Numbered from the stretch's first letter, positions 21,487-32,750 are shown. The stretch: DNA of 64,000 nt from Nitrospirota bacterium (GCA_963663225.1 OY760142.1:2432001-2496000); one strand, 5' to 3'. Numbers and translations are program-made. The notes: generated by a model from the sequence alone, not told the origin.

Positions 21487-22155
21487 ATGCACATCCCCGA
21501 TGGCTACTTGGGGCCGGCCACCTATAGCGCCATGTATGTCGCGACCATTCCTTTTTGGGCCGTTGCCTCATGGAAATTGAATAAGACGTTAAAAGCAAAA
21601 CAGGCGCCGTATCTCGCGCTTGGAGCGGCTTTCAGTTTTGTGATCATGATGTTCAATATCCCGGTATTCGGCGGTACAACAGGACACGCGACCGGGGCCA
21701 CACTGATTGCCATTCTGCTTGGTCCCTGGGCTGCCATGATTTCTGTTTCAGTGGCTCTTGTTATTCAGGCGCTGCTGTTCGGAGATGGAGGCATTACCGC
21801 CATTGGCGCAAATTGTTTTAACATGGCGGTTGTCGGCGTGTTCACGGGCTATGGAATCTATCGCCTGATTGCGTGGGGGGCCGATGTGAACAATAGACGC
21901 CGGTTGACCGCTGCTGCGGTTGCCGCATATGTAAGCCTGAATATTTCTGCACTTGTTACCGCAATCCAGTTCGGCGTACAGCCCATACTAGAGAGATCTC
22001 CTGCCGGGCAACCTCTGTATTCGCCTTTTCCGCTGAGCATCGCAGTACCGGCAATGGCCATCGAACATCTGCTGCTTTTTGGCTTTGTGGAAGCTTTAGT
22101 CACGGTATTAGTGCTAAAATATTTTCAGAAACATGACCCCGAAATGCTGAAATGA
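21487..22155 (+). CDS. nikM: ECF Ni/Co transporter S component NikM/CbiM
   Basis: MHIPDG N-terminus, GTTGH, GDGGIT. Confidence 0.9.
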   Translation: MHIPDGYLGPATYSAMYVATIPFWAVASWKLNKTLKAKQAPYLALGAAFSFVIMMFNIPVFGGTTGHATGATLIAILLGPWAAMISVSVALVIQALLFGDGGITAIGANCFNMAVVGVFTGYGIYRLIAWGADVNNRRRLTAAAVAAYVSLNISALVTAIQFGVQPILERSPAGQPLYSPFPLSIAVPAMAIEHLLLFGFVEALVTVLVLKYFQKHDPEMLK

Positions 22156-22195
22156 TAGAAAATAGCATCATCAGGTGAAGAGAAGGTAACGCGCG

Positions 22196-22537
22196 ATGAA
22201 AACGATGAAAAAACACTGGATAGGCATCGGTATTTTGATATTGCTTACTCCGCTCGGATTGATCGTGCCGAAATGGTTCGGTGCAGAAGGAGCCTGGGGT
22301 GAGTGGGGGATGGACGAAATCGAAAAAATCGCCGGTTTTGTTCCCGAAGGCATGAAACTCCTTGCAGAAATATGGAAAGCTCCGTTGCCTGACTACGCAG
22401 TGCCGGGTCAGAGCAAGGGACCAGTTCTGGAGGGTTTCGGATACATTCTTTCCGGGGTCGTCGGGATCGCCTGTACAGCCGGCGTCATGTATGGTATCGC
22501 AAAGCTGTTGAGCAGAAACAGCAAGAGTAAACAATAA
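22196..22537 (+). CDS. nikN: NikN-like PDGLE domain membrane subunit
   Basis: Two TM helices flanking AWGEW...APLPDY. Confidence 0.78.
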   Translation: MKTMKKHWIGIGILILLTPLGLIVPKWFGAEGAWGEWGMDEIEKIAGFVPEGMKLLAEIWKAPLPDYAVPGQSKGPVLEGFGYILSGVVGIACTAGVMYGIAKLLSRNSKSKQ

Positions 22538-22560
22538 CAATATACTGAAGGACGATTTTC

Positions 22561-23439
22561 GTGTCACAAACCCGGTTTCTGGATAAAACGCTTCTGGCGG
22601 TCGCGAACGTAGCGGAGCAGTCTCTGTTTTCCGAGGCCTATGCCCGTAAGCGGGGAATCCTCCAGAGGCTTGATGTCAGGATCAAAGTAGTCAGTTTTCT
22701 CGTCATTCTCGTTCTGATCAGTGTGCTTCACGCACCGCAATCGCTCTGGATTGCATACGGTTTGAGTCTTGTGCTCGCTGTGTGTTCACAGGTTCCGCTG
22801 GGTTTTTTTCAGAAGCGCGTCTGGTTGTTCGTCCCTCTTTTCTCCGCGGCGATTGTTCTGCCTGCTCTTTTGAATGTCATAACACCGGGGGAACCGCTCT
22901 GGATTCTGTTTACGCTGAAACAGTCGTATACGTGGGGGCCTTATGTCATACCCCAGGAAATAGCGGTTACCCGGCAGGGGGCCTGGGGCGCGATCACGTT
23001 TGTTTCTCGAGTTGCTGCGTCGGTTTCCTTTGCCATGCTGTTTGCGCTTACAACCAGATGGTCGCAGGTTTTTACCGGATTTCGGGCGTTGTTTGTCCCC
23101 CGCGTTTTTGTTATGACGCTCAATCTTACGGAACGGTATCTTTTCGTTTTTCTGCGGATGGTCCAGGACATGTACCGGGGACGAAAAAGCAGGACCATCC
23201 GGTCTCTTTCCGCGGCTGCCGACAGAAGCTGGACCGCGTCACGTATCGGTGTCACGTTCAGGAAAACCCTTGCGATGAGCGACGATGTATACAACGCAAT
23301 GCTCTCCCGGGGGTTTCACGGAGAGTTCAGGTCCGTAAACAGGTTTCAGGCCGTTGCTCGTGATTATATCTGGCTGATGACAGTGATTTGCATTGGTGGT
23401 ATATTGCTTTTGTTTGAGAGGGGTTTCTTTCGCTCATGA
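22561..23439 (+). CDS. nikQ: ECF T component NikQ/CbiQ
   Basis: LDVRIK, RYLF, KSRT, AMLSRGF. Confidence 0.88.
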   Translation: MSQTRFLDKTLLAVANVAEQSLFSEAYARKRGILQRLDVRIKVVSFLVILVLISVLHAPQSLWIAYGLSLVLAVCSQVPLGFFQKRVWLFVPLFSAAIVLPALLNVITPGEPLWILFTLKQSYTWGPYVIPQEIAVTRQGAWGAITFVSRVAASVSFAMLFALTTRWSQVFTGFRALFVPRVFVMTLNLTERYLFVFLRMVQDMYRGRKSRTIRSLSAAADRSWTASRIGVTFRKTLAMSDDVYNAMLSRGFHGEFRSVNRFQAVARDYIWLMTVICIGGILLLFERGFFRS

Positions 23440-24545
23440 AGGCTTTTTGTCTGCGCAATGTTGTATATTCCTACACCCATGACGAAACAGTATTGAACGA
23501 TTTGACCATCGATTTCCAACAGGGGGAGCGTACCGTCATTCTCGGCTCAAACGGGACGGGGAAATCCACACTTTTGTCTCTTCTCGATGGCCTTGTCTTT
23601 CCGGTCTCCGGGTCCATTCATGCTTTCGGGAAGCCCCTGACCGAAGAGAGTCTTGAACAGAAGGCATTTTCGATGGATTTCCGGAAGCGGGTGGCGTTTG
23701 TATTTCAAAACCCCGATGTCCAGTTGTTTTCTTCAACGGTCTGGGACGAAGTAGCATTTGGACCGCTTCAGCTCGGATTGCCGCTTTCCGAGATCAGATC
23801 CACGGTGGACTATCTTCTTGAAACGCTTCGCATAGCCGAGCTGCGCGACCGTGCGCCGCACACCCTGTCGGACGGGCAGAAAAAAAAGGTCGCCATCGCA
23901 TCCAGTCTCGCTACCGACCCCGATGTGCTGCTTCTCGATGAACCCACGAACGGTCTGGATCCCAGGACACAGGTTTGGCTCATAGAGGTTCTGAACGAAC
24001 TGCATAGGCGAGGAAAGACCATTATATCCGCCACACACGATCTGTCCATCGCCGGTGATATCGCGGAACGGGCAATTGTTTTTTCCGAAGATCATTCCGT
24101 GGCCGCAGACGGGGCGTTTTTTGATATAATTGCCAATGATGAATTGCTGCTCGCCGTCAACCTGATTCATGAGCATGCGCATCGTCACGGCGATAAAGCC
24201 CATGTGCACCGCCATGGACATTACGGACACTTTCACATGAACGGAGGCTTAAAGGACGACATGCATAAGGGACATTCACACAATCACGGCCATGGACACA
24301 GTCATGAGCATTCTCAGGAGGGGACGGAAACGCTCCGCAAGCTGCTGGCCATGCTGGAGCATTGGATCGACCATGATGACAGCCATGTAGAGCATTATCA
24401 GGAATGGGCGGCAAAGGCGAGTGAAGCCGGCGAGGAAGAAATTGCGAAAGAGATATATCTTGCGGTCAGTGAAAGCGAGCAGGTCAAGGGGCACCTCAAG
24501 CGGGCAAAGGCAATCCTGGCCGCCAAACTGGTGCTGCTGAAGTAA
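23436..24545 (+). CDS. nikO: ECF ATPase NikO/CbiO fused to a His-rich linker and a helical HWxxH domain
   Basis: GSNGTGKS, FQNPDVQ, LLDEPT; 18 His in 48 aa, then LEHWIDHDDSHVEHY helical domain. Confidence 0.88.
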   Translation: MKAFCLRNVVYSYTHDETVLNDLTIDFQQGERTVILGSNGTGKSTLLSLLDGLVFPVSGSIHAFGKPLTEESLEQKAFSMDFRKRVAFVFQNPDVQLFSSTVWDEVAFGPLQLGLPLSEIRSTVDYLLETLRIAELRDRAPHTLSDGQKKKVAIASSLATDPDVLLLDEPTNGLDPRTQVWLIEVLNELHRRGKTIISATHDLSIAGDIAERAIVFSEDHSVAADGAFFDIIANDELLLAVNLIHEHAHRHGDKAHVHRHGHYGHFHMNGGLKDDMHKGHSHNHGHGHSHEHSQEGTETLRKLLAMLEHWIDHDDSHVEHYQEWAAKASEAGEEEIAKEIYLAVSESEQVKGHLKRAKAILAAKLVLLK

Positions 24546-24639
24546 CGTTGCGTATAGCGCATAACCGGCTCATTACTCGCTGAAACCGCATGCAGACTCA
24601 CCTGCTGTCTGGTATGCAACAGCATCGAGGAGTTCTTTT

Positions 24640-25230
24640 ATGAAAGAAAAACACCACGACGATCTGACTGATGTTATACGGTTTCACGGTCATCTCTGTC
24701 CGGGGCTTGCGCTCGGATACCGCGTGGCAAAGGCCGCGCTCAGGGAACTTCGCGCAGAGCGGCCGCAGGATGAGGAACTCGTTGCCGTCGTGGAGAATGA
24801 TTCCTGCGCGGTCGATGCGGTCCAGTTTATTACTGGTTGCACGTTCGGCAAAGGAAATTTTCTTTTTCGGGATTACGGCAAGCATGTCTATACGTTTTAT
24901 AACAGGCAGACCGGAAAAGGCATTCGTATATCCGAGGATTACCGGGGATTTGAGAACGATCCGCGTTTTGCCGAACTTAAAAAACGGCAGGATGCCGGCG
25001 AAGACGTTTCAGCTGAGAGAAAAGCATATCTGCTGGAAAAGGCGGACGCTATTCTCAAGGCAGATGAAGCGGAAATTATGGCCATAACGCCTGAGACATC
25101 GCTTCCTCCCGAAGAGGCGAAAATACACGGTTCTGTACGCTGTGCAGTTTGCGGCGAGAAGCTTATGGTGTCCCGCGGAAAAGAAAAAAACGGTAACATC
25201 GTCTGTATACCCTGTTTTCATGCCGCCTGA
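24640..25230 (+). CDS. FmdE/FwdE family protein with C-terminal zinc ribbon
   Basis: FHGHLCPGLALG, SCAVDAVQ, GCTFGKGN, CAVC...CIPC. Confidence 0.88.
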   Translation: MKEKHHDDLTDVIRFHGHLCPGLALGYRVAKAALRELRAERPQDEELVAVVENDSCAVDAVQFITGCTFGKGNFLFRDYGKHVYTFYNRQTGKGIRISEDYRGFENDPRFAELKKRQDAGEDVSAERKAYLLEKADAILKADEAEIMAITPETSLPPEEAKIHGSVRCAVCGEKLMVSRGKEKNGNIVCIPCFHAA

Positions 25231-25411
25231 ACGCTACTGCCTACCGGAAACCCGTAAACAGTAGCGCTCGCCGCATTTTCCCCCTCAGGAATATTCCAAA
25301 AACGAATAAGTACTTATTTCAACTACAATATTCTTGACAATACACCACGCTGAAGTTATTATAAACCAATTCTGCGACTCATCACAGCACATCATACGCC
25401 AGGAGGAAAAC

Positions 25412-26125
25412 ATGAAAAAGTTGATAATTTTTCCGCTATTTGCTGTATTGCTGTTCTTTGGATGCGCGAAGACGGTCCCTCTTCAGCAGTACGATGCTAA
25501 GGCTAAAGAAGTGGAAGATTTGACGATTCAAACCAGCAACCTTCAGGCACAGGTAAAGAAACTTACCGGCGATGTGGACACGCTGAAGAAAGACAATGAA
25601 ACCCTGCAGGCCAGGGTAAAGGAACTTTCTCCAAAGGCGGAGAAGGCGGAACAGCTGGAAAAGGCAACCCAGACCTATCAGAATCTTGCCAAAAAGCTTG
25701 AAAAGGAAATTCAGGAAGGCCAGGTGCAGATTACGGAAATGAAGAACCGCCTGACCATGACCATGGTGGACAAGATATTGTTTCCTTCCGGCAGCGCACA
25801 AATCAGCAAGGAAGGGAAGGCTGTGCTCGATAAAGTGGTCAGCATCCTGAAGGACGTGCAGGATAAAAGAATACAGATAGAAGGACATACGGACAATGTC
25901 CAGATTGTGAGCGCGCTTAAAAAACGGTTTCCTACGAACTGGGAACTTTCAACAGCCCGCGCCACCGAAGTAGTGCGGTATCTTCAGGAACACGGCAATC
26001 TTGATCCGCGTCTGCTGTCTGCAACCGGCTATGCGGAATATCAGCCTGTTGACTCCAACGATACGGAGAAAGGGAAGTCTAAAAACCGCAGAATCGAGAT
26101 TGTTCTGCTGCCGCTTCTAAAATAA
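25412..26125 (+). CDS. coiled-coil lipoprotein with MotB-type OmpA peptidoglycan-binding domain
   Basis: Lipobox FFGC, coiled coil, EGHTD, NWELSTARA, NRRIEI; SD AGGAGG. Confidence 0.88.
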   Translation: MKKLIIFPLFAVLLFFGCAKTVPLQQYDAKAKEVEDLTIQTSNLQAQVKKLTGDVDTLKKDNETLQARVKELSPKAEKAEQLEKATQTYQNLAKKLEKEIQEGQVQITEMKNRLTMTMVDKILFPSGSAQISKEGKAVLDKVVSILKDVQDKRIQIEGHTDNVQIVSALKKRFPTNWELSTARATEVVRYLQEHGNLDPRLLSATGYAEYQPVDSNDTEKGKSKNRRIEIVLLPLLK

Positions 26126-26233
26126 GATTACGGTGTAGCAGTCGGATCTGCCTCAGGCAGCAATTCGAAGATGCCTTGTGCGGCTGTGCTAGAATATGCT
26201 TAGCTGCTCACTCGTGCGGAGAAAATAGTACAG

Positions 26234-26872
26234 ATGTTTACCGGCATGGTGGAAGAGATGGGTGAAGTAAAAATGTTCAGGCGTGATGCGGGCGGTGTCC
26301 GGCTCACGATTTCAGCTTCCACGGTGCTTGCCGGCACGATGATCGGGGACAGCATTGACGTCAACGGAGTATGCCTCACGGTGGTAGAGAAGGGGAACGC
26401 AGATTTTTCGGCTGATGTAGCACAGGAAACCCTGAACGTGTCGAACCTTGGCAGCCTGCGCGTGGGCCAGAAGGTGAACCTTGAACGGGCGCTTCAGTTG
26501 TCGGGGAGACTAGGCGGACATCTGGTAACGGGCCACGTTGATGCCGTCGGGAGAATCAGGGAGAGGCGTCAGGAAGGACATTCGTGGCGTATTTTTATCG
26601 AATCGCCGCGGGATGCGCTCCGGTATATTATCAAGAAAGGCTCGGTTGCCGTGGACGGCATCAGCCTGACTGTTGCTGATGTGGATGCATCGGGTTTTTC
26701 CGTTGCCATGATTCCGCATACGGCGAAGCTCACGACGCTTGGTTTCAAGGCGGCGGGTGACAGTGTAAATCTGGAAACGGACATAATCGGAAAATATGTG
26801 GAAAAGCTGCTGTCCGGAAAGACTGAAGGAAGCCTGAATCTGGACTCGCTGAAAAAAGCCGGTTTTGCATAG
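26234..26872 (+). CDS. ribE: riboflavin synthase (alpha)
   Basis: MFTG start, [23 protein letters not shown]. Confidence 0.95.
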   Translation: MFTGMVEEMGEVKMFRRDAGGVRLTISASTVLAGTMIGDSIDVNGVCLTVVEKGNADFSADVAQETLNVSNLGSLRVGQKVNLERALQLSGRLGGHLVTGHVDAVGRIRERRQEGHSWRIFIESPRDALRYIIKKGSVAVDGISLTVADVDASGFSVAMIPHTAKLTTLGFKAAGDSVNLETDIIGKYVEKLLSGKTEGSLNLDSLKKAGFA

Positions 26873-26946
26873 GCGCAGAAAGATACAAAGCACGGCTTCC
26901 GGTGTAGAAACGGCGTGCCTTGTGCACAGCTTTCAGAGGTGAATAC

Positions 26947-28152
26947 ATGAAGTTCAATACTGTTGAAGAAGCTATCGAGGACATCCGAAAAGGAAAAATG
27001 GTGATCCTTGTTGATGACGAAGACCGCGAGAACGAGGGCGATTTGACAATGGCGGCGGAAGCAGTAACCCCGGAAGCCATCAATTTCATGGCTAAACACG
27101 GACGCGGGCTTGTCTGTCTTTCGCTCACCCCCGAGCGTGTAGAGCACCTGCAGCTTCCTCTGATGACCACGGACAACACCTCGTCTTTCGGTACGGCTTT
27201 TACCATTTCCATTGAAGCAAAAAAAGGCGTGACCACCGGCATTTCAGCGGCCGATCGGGCAACGACAATCCGTACGGCCATAAGTCCTAAAGCCAATCCT
27301 GAAGACTTGGCACGGCCCGGTCATGTATTTCCGCTTCGTGCAAAACCGGGAGGGGTGCTGCAGCGTGCAGGCCAGACGGAGGGATCGGTTGATCTCGCTA
27401 GGCTTGCAGGCCTCTATCCGGCAGGTGTAATTTGTGAAATAATGAATGATGACGGAACGATGGCGCGCGTCCCCCAGCTTCTGGACTTTGCAAAAAAATT
27501 CAGCCTCAAAGTTATTACCGTCAAAGACCTCATCGCCTATCGTGTGCGGAAAGAATCTCTTGTCCGCCGGGTTGCGGTTACCAAATTACCTACCAGCTAC
27601 GGGGGGGATTACACAGCCATCCTGTATGCAAATGACATTGATCGTTTGAACCATATTGCTCTGGTGAAAGGTGACATAAAACCCGATGAAGAAGTGCTTG
27701 TCAGGGTCCATTCCGAATGTCTTACCGGAGACGTATTCGGTTCGCTTCGATGCGATTGCGGTGATCAGCTGCATAACGCTATGAAGATAATTGCACAGGA
27801 AGGCAAAGGGGTAATTCTGTACATGCGCCAGGAAGGCCGGGGCATCGGTCTTGAGGGCAAGCTGAAGGCGTATGAACTTCAGGACAAAGGCAAGGATACG
27901 GTCGAAGCAAACCTGGCACTCGGGTTTAAACCGGATCTCAGGGATTACGGTGTCGGGGCCCAGATACTGCGCGACATCGGCCTCAAGAAAATTCGGCTGC
28001 TTACCAATAATCCGAAGAAAATAATCGGTCTTGAAGGGTATGGTCTGGCCGTAGTGGGGCGGGTTCCCATTGAAATCCATCCGCACGAGAAGAATATCCG
28101 CTACCTCAAAGTAAAAAAGAGCAAGCTTGGTCATTTATTGGAAAAAGTATAA
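26947..28152 (+). CDS. ribBA: bifunctional DHBP synthase / GTP cyclohydrolase II
   Basis: [37 protein letters not shown]. Confidence 0.96.
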   Translation: MKFNTVEEAIEDIRKGKMVILVDDEDRENEGDLTMAAEAVTPEAINFMAKHGRGLVCLSLTPERVEHLQLPLMTTDNTSSFGTAFTISIEAKKGVTTGISAADRATTIRTAISPKANPEDLARPGHVFPLRAKPGGVLQRAGQTEGSVDLARLAGLYPAGVICEIMNDDGTMARVPQLLDFAKKFSLKVITVKDLIAYRVRKESLVRRVAVTKLPTSYGGDYTAILYANDIDRLNHIALVKGDIKPDEEVLVRVHSECLTGDVFGSLRCDCGDQLHNAMKIIAQEGKGVILYMRQEGRGIGLEGKLKAYELQDKGKDTVEANLALGFKPDLRDYGVGAQILRDIGLKKIRLLTNNPKKIIGLEGYGLAVVGRVPIEIHPHEKNIRYLKVKKSKLGHLLEKV

Positions 28153-28234
28153 TGTTTGATGAAGTGCCGGGCAGCGGAACGAAGTTCCGTCTGCGGTCGC
28201 AGATTTCTATGTCGCTCATTTCCCGGAGGATACT

Positions 28235-28702
28235 ATGTCAAAATTGATTCAGGGTGATCTGACTGCTCAAGGGTTCAAATTCGGTATCGTTGCCGCCCGT
28301 TTTAATGATTTCATCACGAGCAAACTGCTGGACGGCGCGCTTGACGCTCTCCAGCGGCATGGCGCGTCTGAAGCAGACATCGATATCGTCAAGGTTCCGG
28401 GGGCTTACGAAATACCGCTTGCCGCGAAAGTGCTTGCGCAGTCAAAAAAATATAATGCAGTCATCTGTCTGGGGGCTGTTATTCGCGGCGCGACGCCGCA
28501 TTTCGAGTATGTAAGCGCGGAGGTGACCAAGGGGATCGCAGCAGCTTCTCTGGAAACAAGCCTGCCGGTCATTTTCGGAGTACTTACCACCGATACCATC
28601 GAACAGGCGGTGGAACGGGCAGGCACCAAAAGCGGAAATAAGGGCTGGGATGCCGCACTTTCCGCCATTGAAATGGCAAATGTCATGAAACAGCTGGTAT
28701 AG
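28235..28702 (+). CDS. ribH: 6,7-dimethyl-8-ribityllumazine synthase
   Basis: [21 protein letters not shown]. Confidence 0.97.
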   Translation: MSKLIQGDLTAQGFKFGIVAARFNDFITSKLLDGALDALQRHGASEADIDIVKVPGAYEIPLAAKVLAQSKKYNAVICLGAVIRGATPHFEYVSAEVTKGIAAASLETSLPVIFGVLTTDTIEQAVERAGTKSGNKGWDAALSAIEMANVMKQLV

Positions 28703-28745
28703 AACGCATCGAAATCATGAAACGACAGTCAGCAGACGATACCGT

Positions 28746-29177
28746 ATGAAAAGGCGTAAAGCAAGGGAGCATGCGCTCCAACTACTATTCCAGCTTGACA
28801 TGAGGAAAGACAAACCATCGGCATTCATCCTGAAGAATTACTGGGCTGAATATAATCCCGATGATGAAATTAAGGCATTTGCAGAAGAAATTGTAAAAGG
28901 AACACTCAAACATGTGGCGGCGATCGACAAACTGATCCGCCGGTGTGCAAAAAACTGGAGTCTTGACCGCATGGCTGTTGTGGACCGTAATGTGCTCAGA
29001 ATGGCTGTGTACGAGATCCTCTATCGTCTGGAAATTCCTACCAGTGTTACTATCAATGAAGCCATTGAAATAGCAAAAAAATTCGGGACTGATGAATCAG
29101 GCGCTTTTGTCAACGGGATACTGGACAGAGTGGCCAGGGAAACCGGGAAACTCGAAGAAGGGAAAATCGAACACTAA
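28746..29177 (+). CDS. nusB: transcription antitermination factor NusB
   Basis: RRKAREHALQ, INEAIEIAK, FVNGILD. Confidence 0.96.
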   Translation: MKRRKAREHALQLLFQLDMRKDKPSAFILKNYWAEYNPDDEIKAFAEEIVKGTLKHVAAIDKLIRRCAKNWSLDRMAVVDRNVLRMAVYEILYRLEIPTSVTINEAIEIAKKFGTDESGAFVNGILDRVARETGKLEEGKIEH

Positions 29178-29263
29178 ACAGCGCTGTAGAATTTTTTTGC
29201 GGCGACTGCGGCCGGAAGATTTTTTTGTCATTAAATGTCTGCGCGCGCAGCAGTGACGGAACG

Positions 29264-29743
29264 ATGAAGGTATTATTCCAGGATATAAAGAAACTTGAAA
29301 CAGAAGCCCTCATCGTCGGTTTCTTTGAAGACGTCAGGCCTCTCAAGGGTCTTGCAGGGGAACTTGACTGGTTGCTTTGCGGTTCTCTTTCCAACCTTAT
29401 TATTAGCAGAAAACTGAGCGGTTCGCTCGGAGATATTGCGCTGCTTACCTCACAGGGGAAATTGCCGGTTCAGAAGATTTTTATGCTTGGCCTCGGCCGC
29501 AGAGCGGATTTTTCTGCTTCAATCTTGCACAATGTGGCAATGACTGCGGCAGCCAGCGTGCTGGGGACGGGGGTCACACAAGCCGCACTCGAATTCTTCC
29601 TGCCGGCCAATGTATCCTATGACAGCGTTTTATCCGCCCTGAGCGAGGGATTGACGCAGGGCGCGCAGGGGCGTACCCTTGATGTATCCCTTCTTGCTCC
29701 AACTGCGACTGCGTATGAGAAACTTGCGCAATTGCTCCTGTAA
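29264..29743 (+). CDS. stand-alone peptidase M17 N-terminal-like domain protein
   Basis: FFEDVRPLKGLAGELDWLLCGSLS, IFMLGLG; no M17 catalytic domain. Confidence 0.7.
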   Translation: MKVLFQDIKKLETEALIVGFFEDVRPLKGLAGELDWLLCGSLSNLIISRKLSGSLGDIALLTSQGKLPVQKIFMLGLGRRADFSASILHNVAMTAAASVLGTGVTQAALEFFLPANVSYDSVLSALSEGLTQGAQGRTLDVSLLAPTATAYEKLAQLLL

Positions 29744-29850
29744 GCATTATAGAGCTAAGCCCTTGCTCAATCAGAATGTAGGTTCCCGTACGAAGAAGTC
29801 GCTCCGTGAATGTGACAAAAAAATTATAGATACAAAGACAGGAGACCTTG

Positions 29851-31155
29851 ATGATCCCTCGTTACAGCAGACCCGAAATGGCCGGGCTATGGGAGCCTGT
29901 GAATAGATATCAAGCATGGCTCGATGTGGAAATTCTTGCATGCGAGGCAAATGCCAAGCTGGGATTGATACCCGCAAAGGCCCTGGCGACCATTAAAAAA
30001 AAGGCGGACTTTGATGTAAAGCGGGTTGATGAGCTTGAACAAACGGTAAAGCACGATGTAATAGCCTTCCTTACCGCGGTTGGTGAAAAAGTCGGGCCTG
30101 AGTCCCGCTTTATTCATTTAGGCCTCACGTCTTCTGACGTGCTGGATACATCTCTGGCCGTGCTCATGCGCAGAGCGGCGGATATCATTATTGACGACAT
30201 CCGGATTGTGCTAAAGGCGCTCAAAAAAAAGGCTTTACGATACCGCCATACGGTCATGATCGGACGATCGCACGGTATCCACGCCGAACCGGTCACATTC
30301 GGCCTGAAAATGGCCCTCTGGTATGAAGAAATGGGACGCGCTTTGGAGCGCATGCTGCGTGCCAAAGAGGTTATCAGCGTCGGCAAGGTTTCCGGCGCGG
30401 TGGGAACGTTTGCAAACATTGATCCTTTTGTAGAATCCTATGTCTGCAGGAAGCTCGGGTTGAAGCCGGAACCGGCGGCAACACAGGTGGTGCAACGGGA
30501 CCGTCATGCGGAGTTTCTGTCTGCCCTCGCCCTTATTGCGTCGTCCATCGAGAAATTTTCAGTAGAGCTGCGTCATCTCCAACGGACCGAGGTCCTTGAA
30601 GCCGAAGAGTTTTTTTCAGCGGGGCAAAAGGGTTCGTCAGCCATGCCTCACAAAAGGAACCCGATATCAGCGGAGAATCTTACAGGCCTCGCGCGAGTGA
30701 TCCGTTCCAATGCCTTTGCTGCTCTGGAGAATGTCGCTTTGTGGCACGAGCGGGACATAAGCCATTCGTCAGTTGAACGGATCATTATTCCCGACAGCAC
30801 CATTCTGATTGATTATATGCTGATACGCTTCAGCAATCTGATTGAGCGCCTCTTTGTGTATCCCGAGAACATGCAGCGGAATATGAAAATTTCCAAAGGA
30901 CTTTTTCATTCCGAGACCGTTATGCTGGCTTTGGTAGGCAAGGGTCTTTCCCGCGAAACTGCATACGCATTCGTGCAGAGAAACGCAATGGAAGTATGGA
31001 AGCAGGGCGGAGATTTTAAAGAACGCTTGAAAAGCGACAGCGACATCAGCAGCTATCTGAGCGACCGGGAAATTGACGATTGCTTTGACCTTTCGCATAC
31101 GCTCCGCAAAATTGACTTTATCTTTACGAGAGTTTTTAAAAAAAGCCGGAAATGA
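29851..31155 (+). CDS. purB: adenylosuccinate lyase
   Basis: [27 protein letters not shown]. Confidence 0.97.
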   Translation: MIPRYSRPEMAGLWEPVNRYQAWLDVEILACEANAKLGLIPAKALATIKKKADFDVKRVDELEQTVKHDVIAFLTAVGEKVGPESRFIHLGLTSSDVLDTSLAVLMRRAADIIIDDIRIVLKALKKKALRYRHTVMIGRSHGIHAEPVTFGLKMALWYEEMGRALERMLRAKEVISVGKVSGAVGTFANIDPFVESYVCRKLGLKPEPAATQVVQRDRHAEFLSALALIASSIEKFSVELRHLQRTEVLEAEEFFSAGQKGSSAMPHKRNPISAENLTGLARVIRSNAFAALENVALWHERDISHSSVERIIIPDSTILIDYMLIRFSNLIERLFVYPENMQRNMKISKGLFHSETVMLALVGKGLSRETAYAFVQRNAMEVWKQGGDFKERLKSDSDISSYLSDREIDDCFDLSHTLRKIDFIFTRVFKKSRK

Positions 31156-31204
31156 ACGTCACAGATTGGTATTCTGGCTGACAAAAAACAACAGAGGAAT
31201 GATT

Positions 31205-32602
31205 ATGTTTGACAAGCTTCATGAAGAATGCGGGGTATTTGGTATTTTCGGCCATCCCGACGCCGCGAATCTCGTGTATCTGGGGCTGTATGCACTCCAG
31301 CACCGGGGGCAGGAATCGGCGGGCATTGTTTCAAGCGATGGCAGCAGGCTTTATAGTGAAAAGGCCATGGGGCTCGTCGCAGATATCTTCAATGAAGACC
31401 GCATCAAAAGGCTGCCGGGACATACCGCGATCGGACACAACCGATATTCAACAACCGGCGAAAGCATCGCCATTAATATTCAGCCCATTCTTGCAAATTT
31501 TGCCCTCGGCAGTCTTGCGATCGCGCACAACGGCAATTTGGTTAATGCCGGCATTCTGAAGGATGAACTTGAAGCATACGGGTCTATTTTCCAGTCTACC
31601 ATGGACAGCGAGGTGATAGTTCACCTCATTGCCCAGTCGCGCATGGCGACTCTGCCTGAGCGCATTGTGGACGCTCTCGGCCCTGTCCAGGGGTCATACA
31701 GCTTGCTGATGCTGACGCCGCATGAGCTGATAGCGGTTCGCGATCCGCACGGGTTCAGGCCCCTTTCGATCGGGGAATTGAACGGTGCCTACGTTGTCGC
31801 ATCGGAAACATGCGCGTTTGATCTGATCGAGGCGAACTATATCCGCGATATCGCACCGGGAGAGATGGTGATAATCAACAGCAAGGGCATCCAGTCCACT
31901 TTTCCGTTTCCGCAGAAGCAGCCTTCACACTGCATATTCGAATTTATCTACTTTGCGCGTCCCGACAGCATGGTGTTCGGTCAAAATGTGTATTCCATCA
32001 GAAAAAAATTCGGACGGCAGCTGGCTCGTGAAACCTCAGTTCCCGCGGATGTTGTGATTCCCGTGCCGGATTCGGGCGTACCGGCCGCTCTCGGCTATGC
32101 CGAAGAGGCGGGGATACCCTTCGATACAGGGCTTATCAGAAATCATTACGTAGGGAGAACATTTATCGAGCCGCGCCAGAGCATCAGACATTTTGGCGTG
32201 AAAATCAAATTGAATCCCGTCAAGGACGCCCTGAAAGGAAAACGCGTGATCGTGGTGGATGACTCCATTGTGCGCGGCACCACAAGCAAAAAAATCATTA
32301 AAATGATCAGGAGCGCAGGTGCTACTGAAGTCCATATGCGCATCAGTTCACCGCCTGTGGGCTATCCGTGTTTTTATGGAATTGATATTCCTACGCGCCA
32401 GGAACTTATCGCCTCCTCGCACAGCATCGAGGAAATCAGAAAATATATCACCGCTGATTCTCTTGGCTATATCAGTCTTGATGGTCTCCAAAAAATTGTT
32501 CCGGAACGAGTAAACTTCTGTGCTGCATGCTTTGATGGAGAATATCCTGTCCCGTTTCCTGGTGAAAAAATTGCCCAAATGGGGTTGTTTGAGAAGGAAT
32601 AA
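31205..32602 (+). CDS. purF: amidophosphoribosyltransferase
   Basis: [23 protein letters not shown], Fe-S cysteines. Confidence 0.97.
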   Translation: MFDKLHEECGVFGIFGHPDAANLVYLGLYALQHRGQESAGIVSSDGSRLYSEKAMGLVADIFNEDRIKRLPGHTAIGHNRYSTTGESIAINIQPILANFALGSLAIAHNGNLVNAGILKDELEAYGSIFQSTMDSEVIVHLIAQSRMATLPERIVDALGPVQGSYSLLMLTPHELIAVRDPHGFRPLSIGELNGAYVVASETCAFDLIEANYIRDIAPGEMVIINSKGIQSTFPFPQKQPSHCIFEFIYFARPDSMVFGQNVYSIRKKFGRQLARETSVPADVVIPVPDSGVPAALGYAEEAGIPFDTGLIRNHYVGRTFIEPRQSIRHFGVKIKLNPVKDALKGKRVIVVDDSIVRGTTSKKIIKMIRSAGATEVHMRISSPPVGYPCFYGIDIPTRQELIASSHSIEEIRKYITADSLGYISLDGLQKIVPERVNFCAACFDGEYPVPFPGEKIAQMGLFEKE

Positions 32603-32674
32603 AACGCCTACGAAGGCTGCACGAGATGTGGTTCGATAAAAATGAGCGTGAGCTTGGAGCAGGAATGTTCAAAA

Positions 32675-32750
32675 TGGTGCCGAGGCGCAGAATCGAACTG
32701 CGGACACGAGGCTTTTCAGGCCTCTGCTCTACCAACTGAGCTACCTCGGC
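32675..32750 (-). tRNA. tRNA-Phe (GAA)
   Basis: 76-nt cloverleaf GCCGAGGTAGCTCAGTTGGTAGAGC...CTGAAAA...GTTCGATTC...CCA; promoter TTGACA (32807-02) and TGcTATTTT upstream. Confidence 0.97.

Noticed and set aside
23865-23879. ABC signature LSDGQ in NikO as a sign of inactivity
   Set aside because: This position varies in CbiO/EcfA ATPases, and Walker A, Walker B, Q-loop and H-loop are intact
26126-26233. FMN riboswitch upstream of the rib operon
   Set aside because: Region is too short and lacks RFN motifs; only an extended -10 (TGcTAGAAT) and an SD are visible
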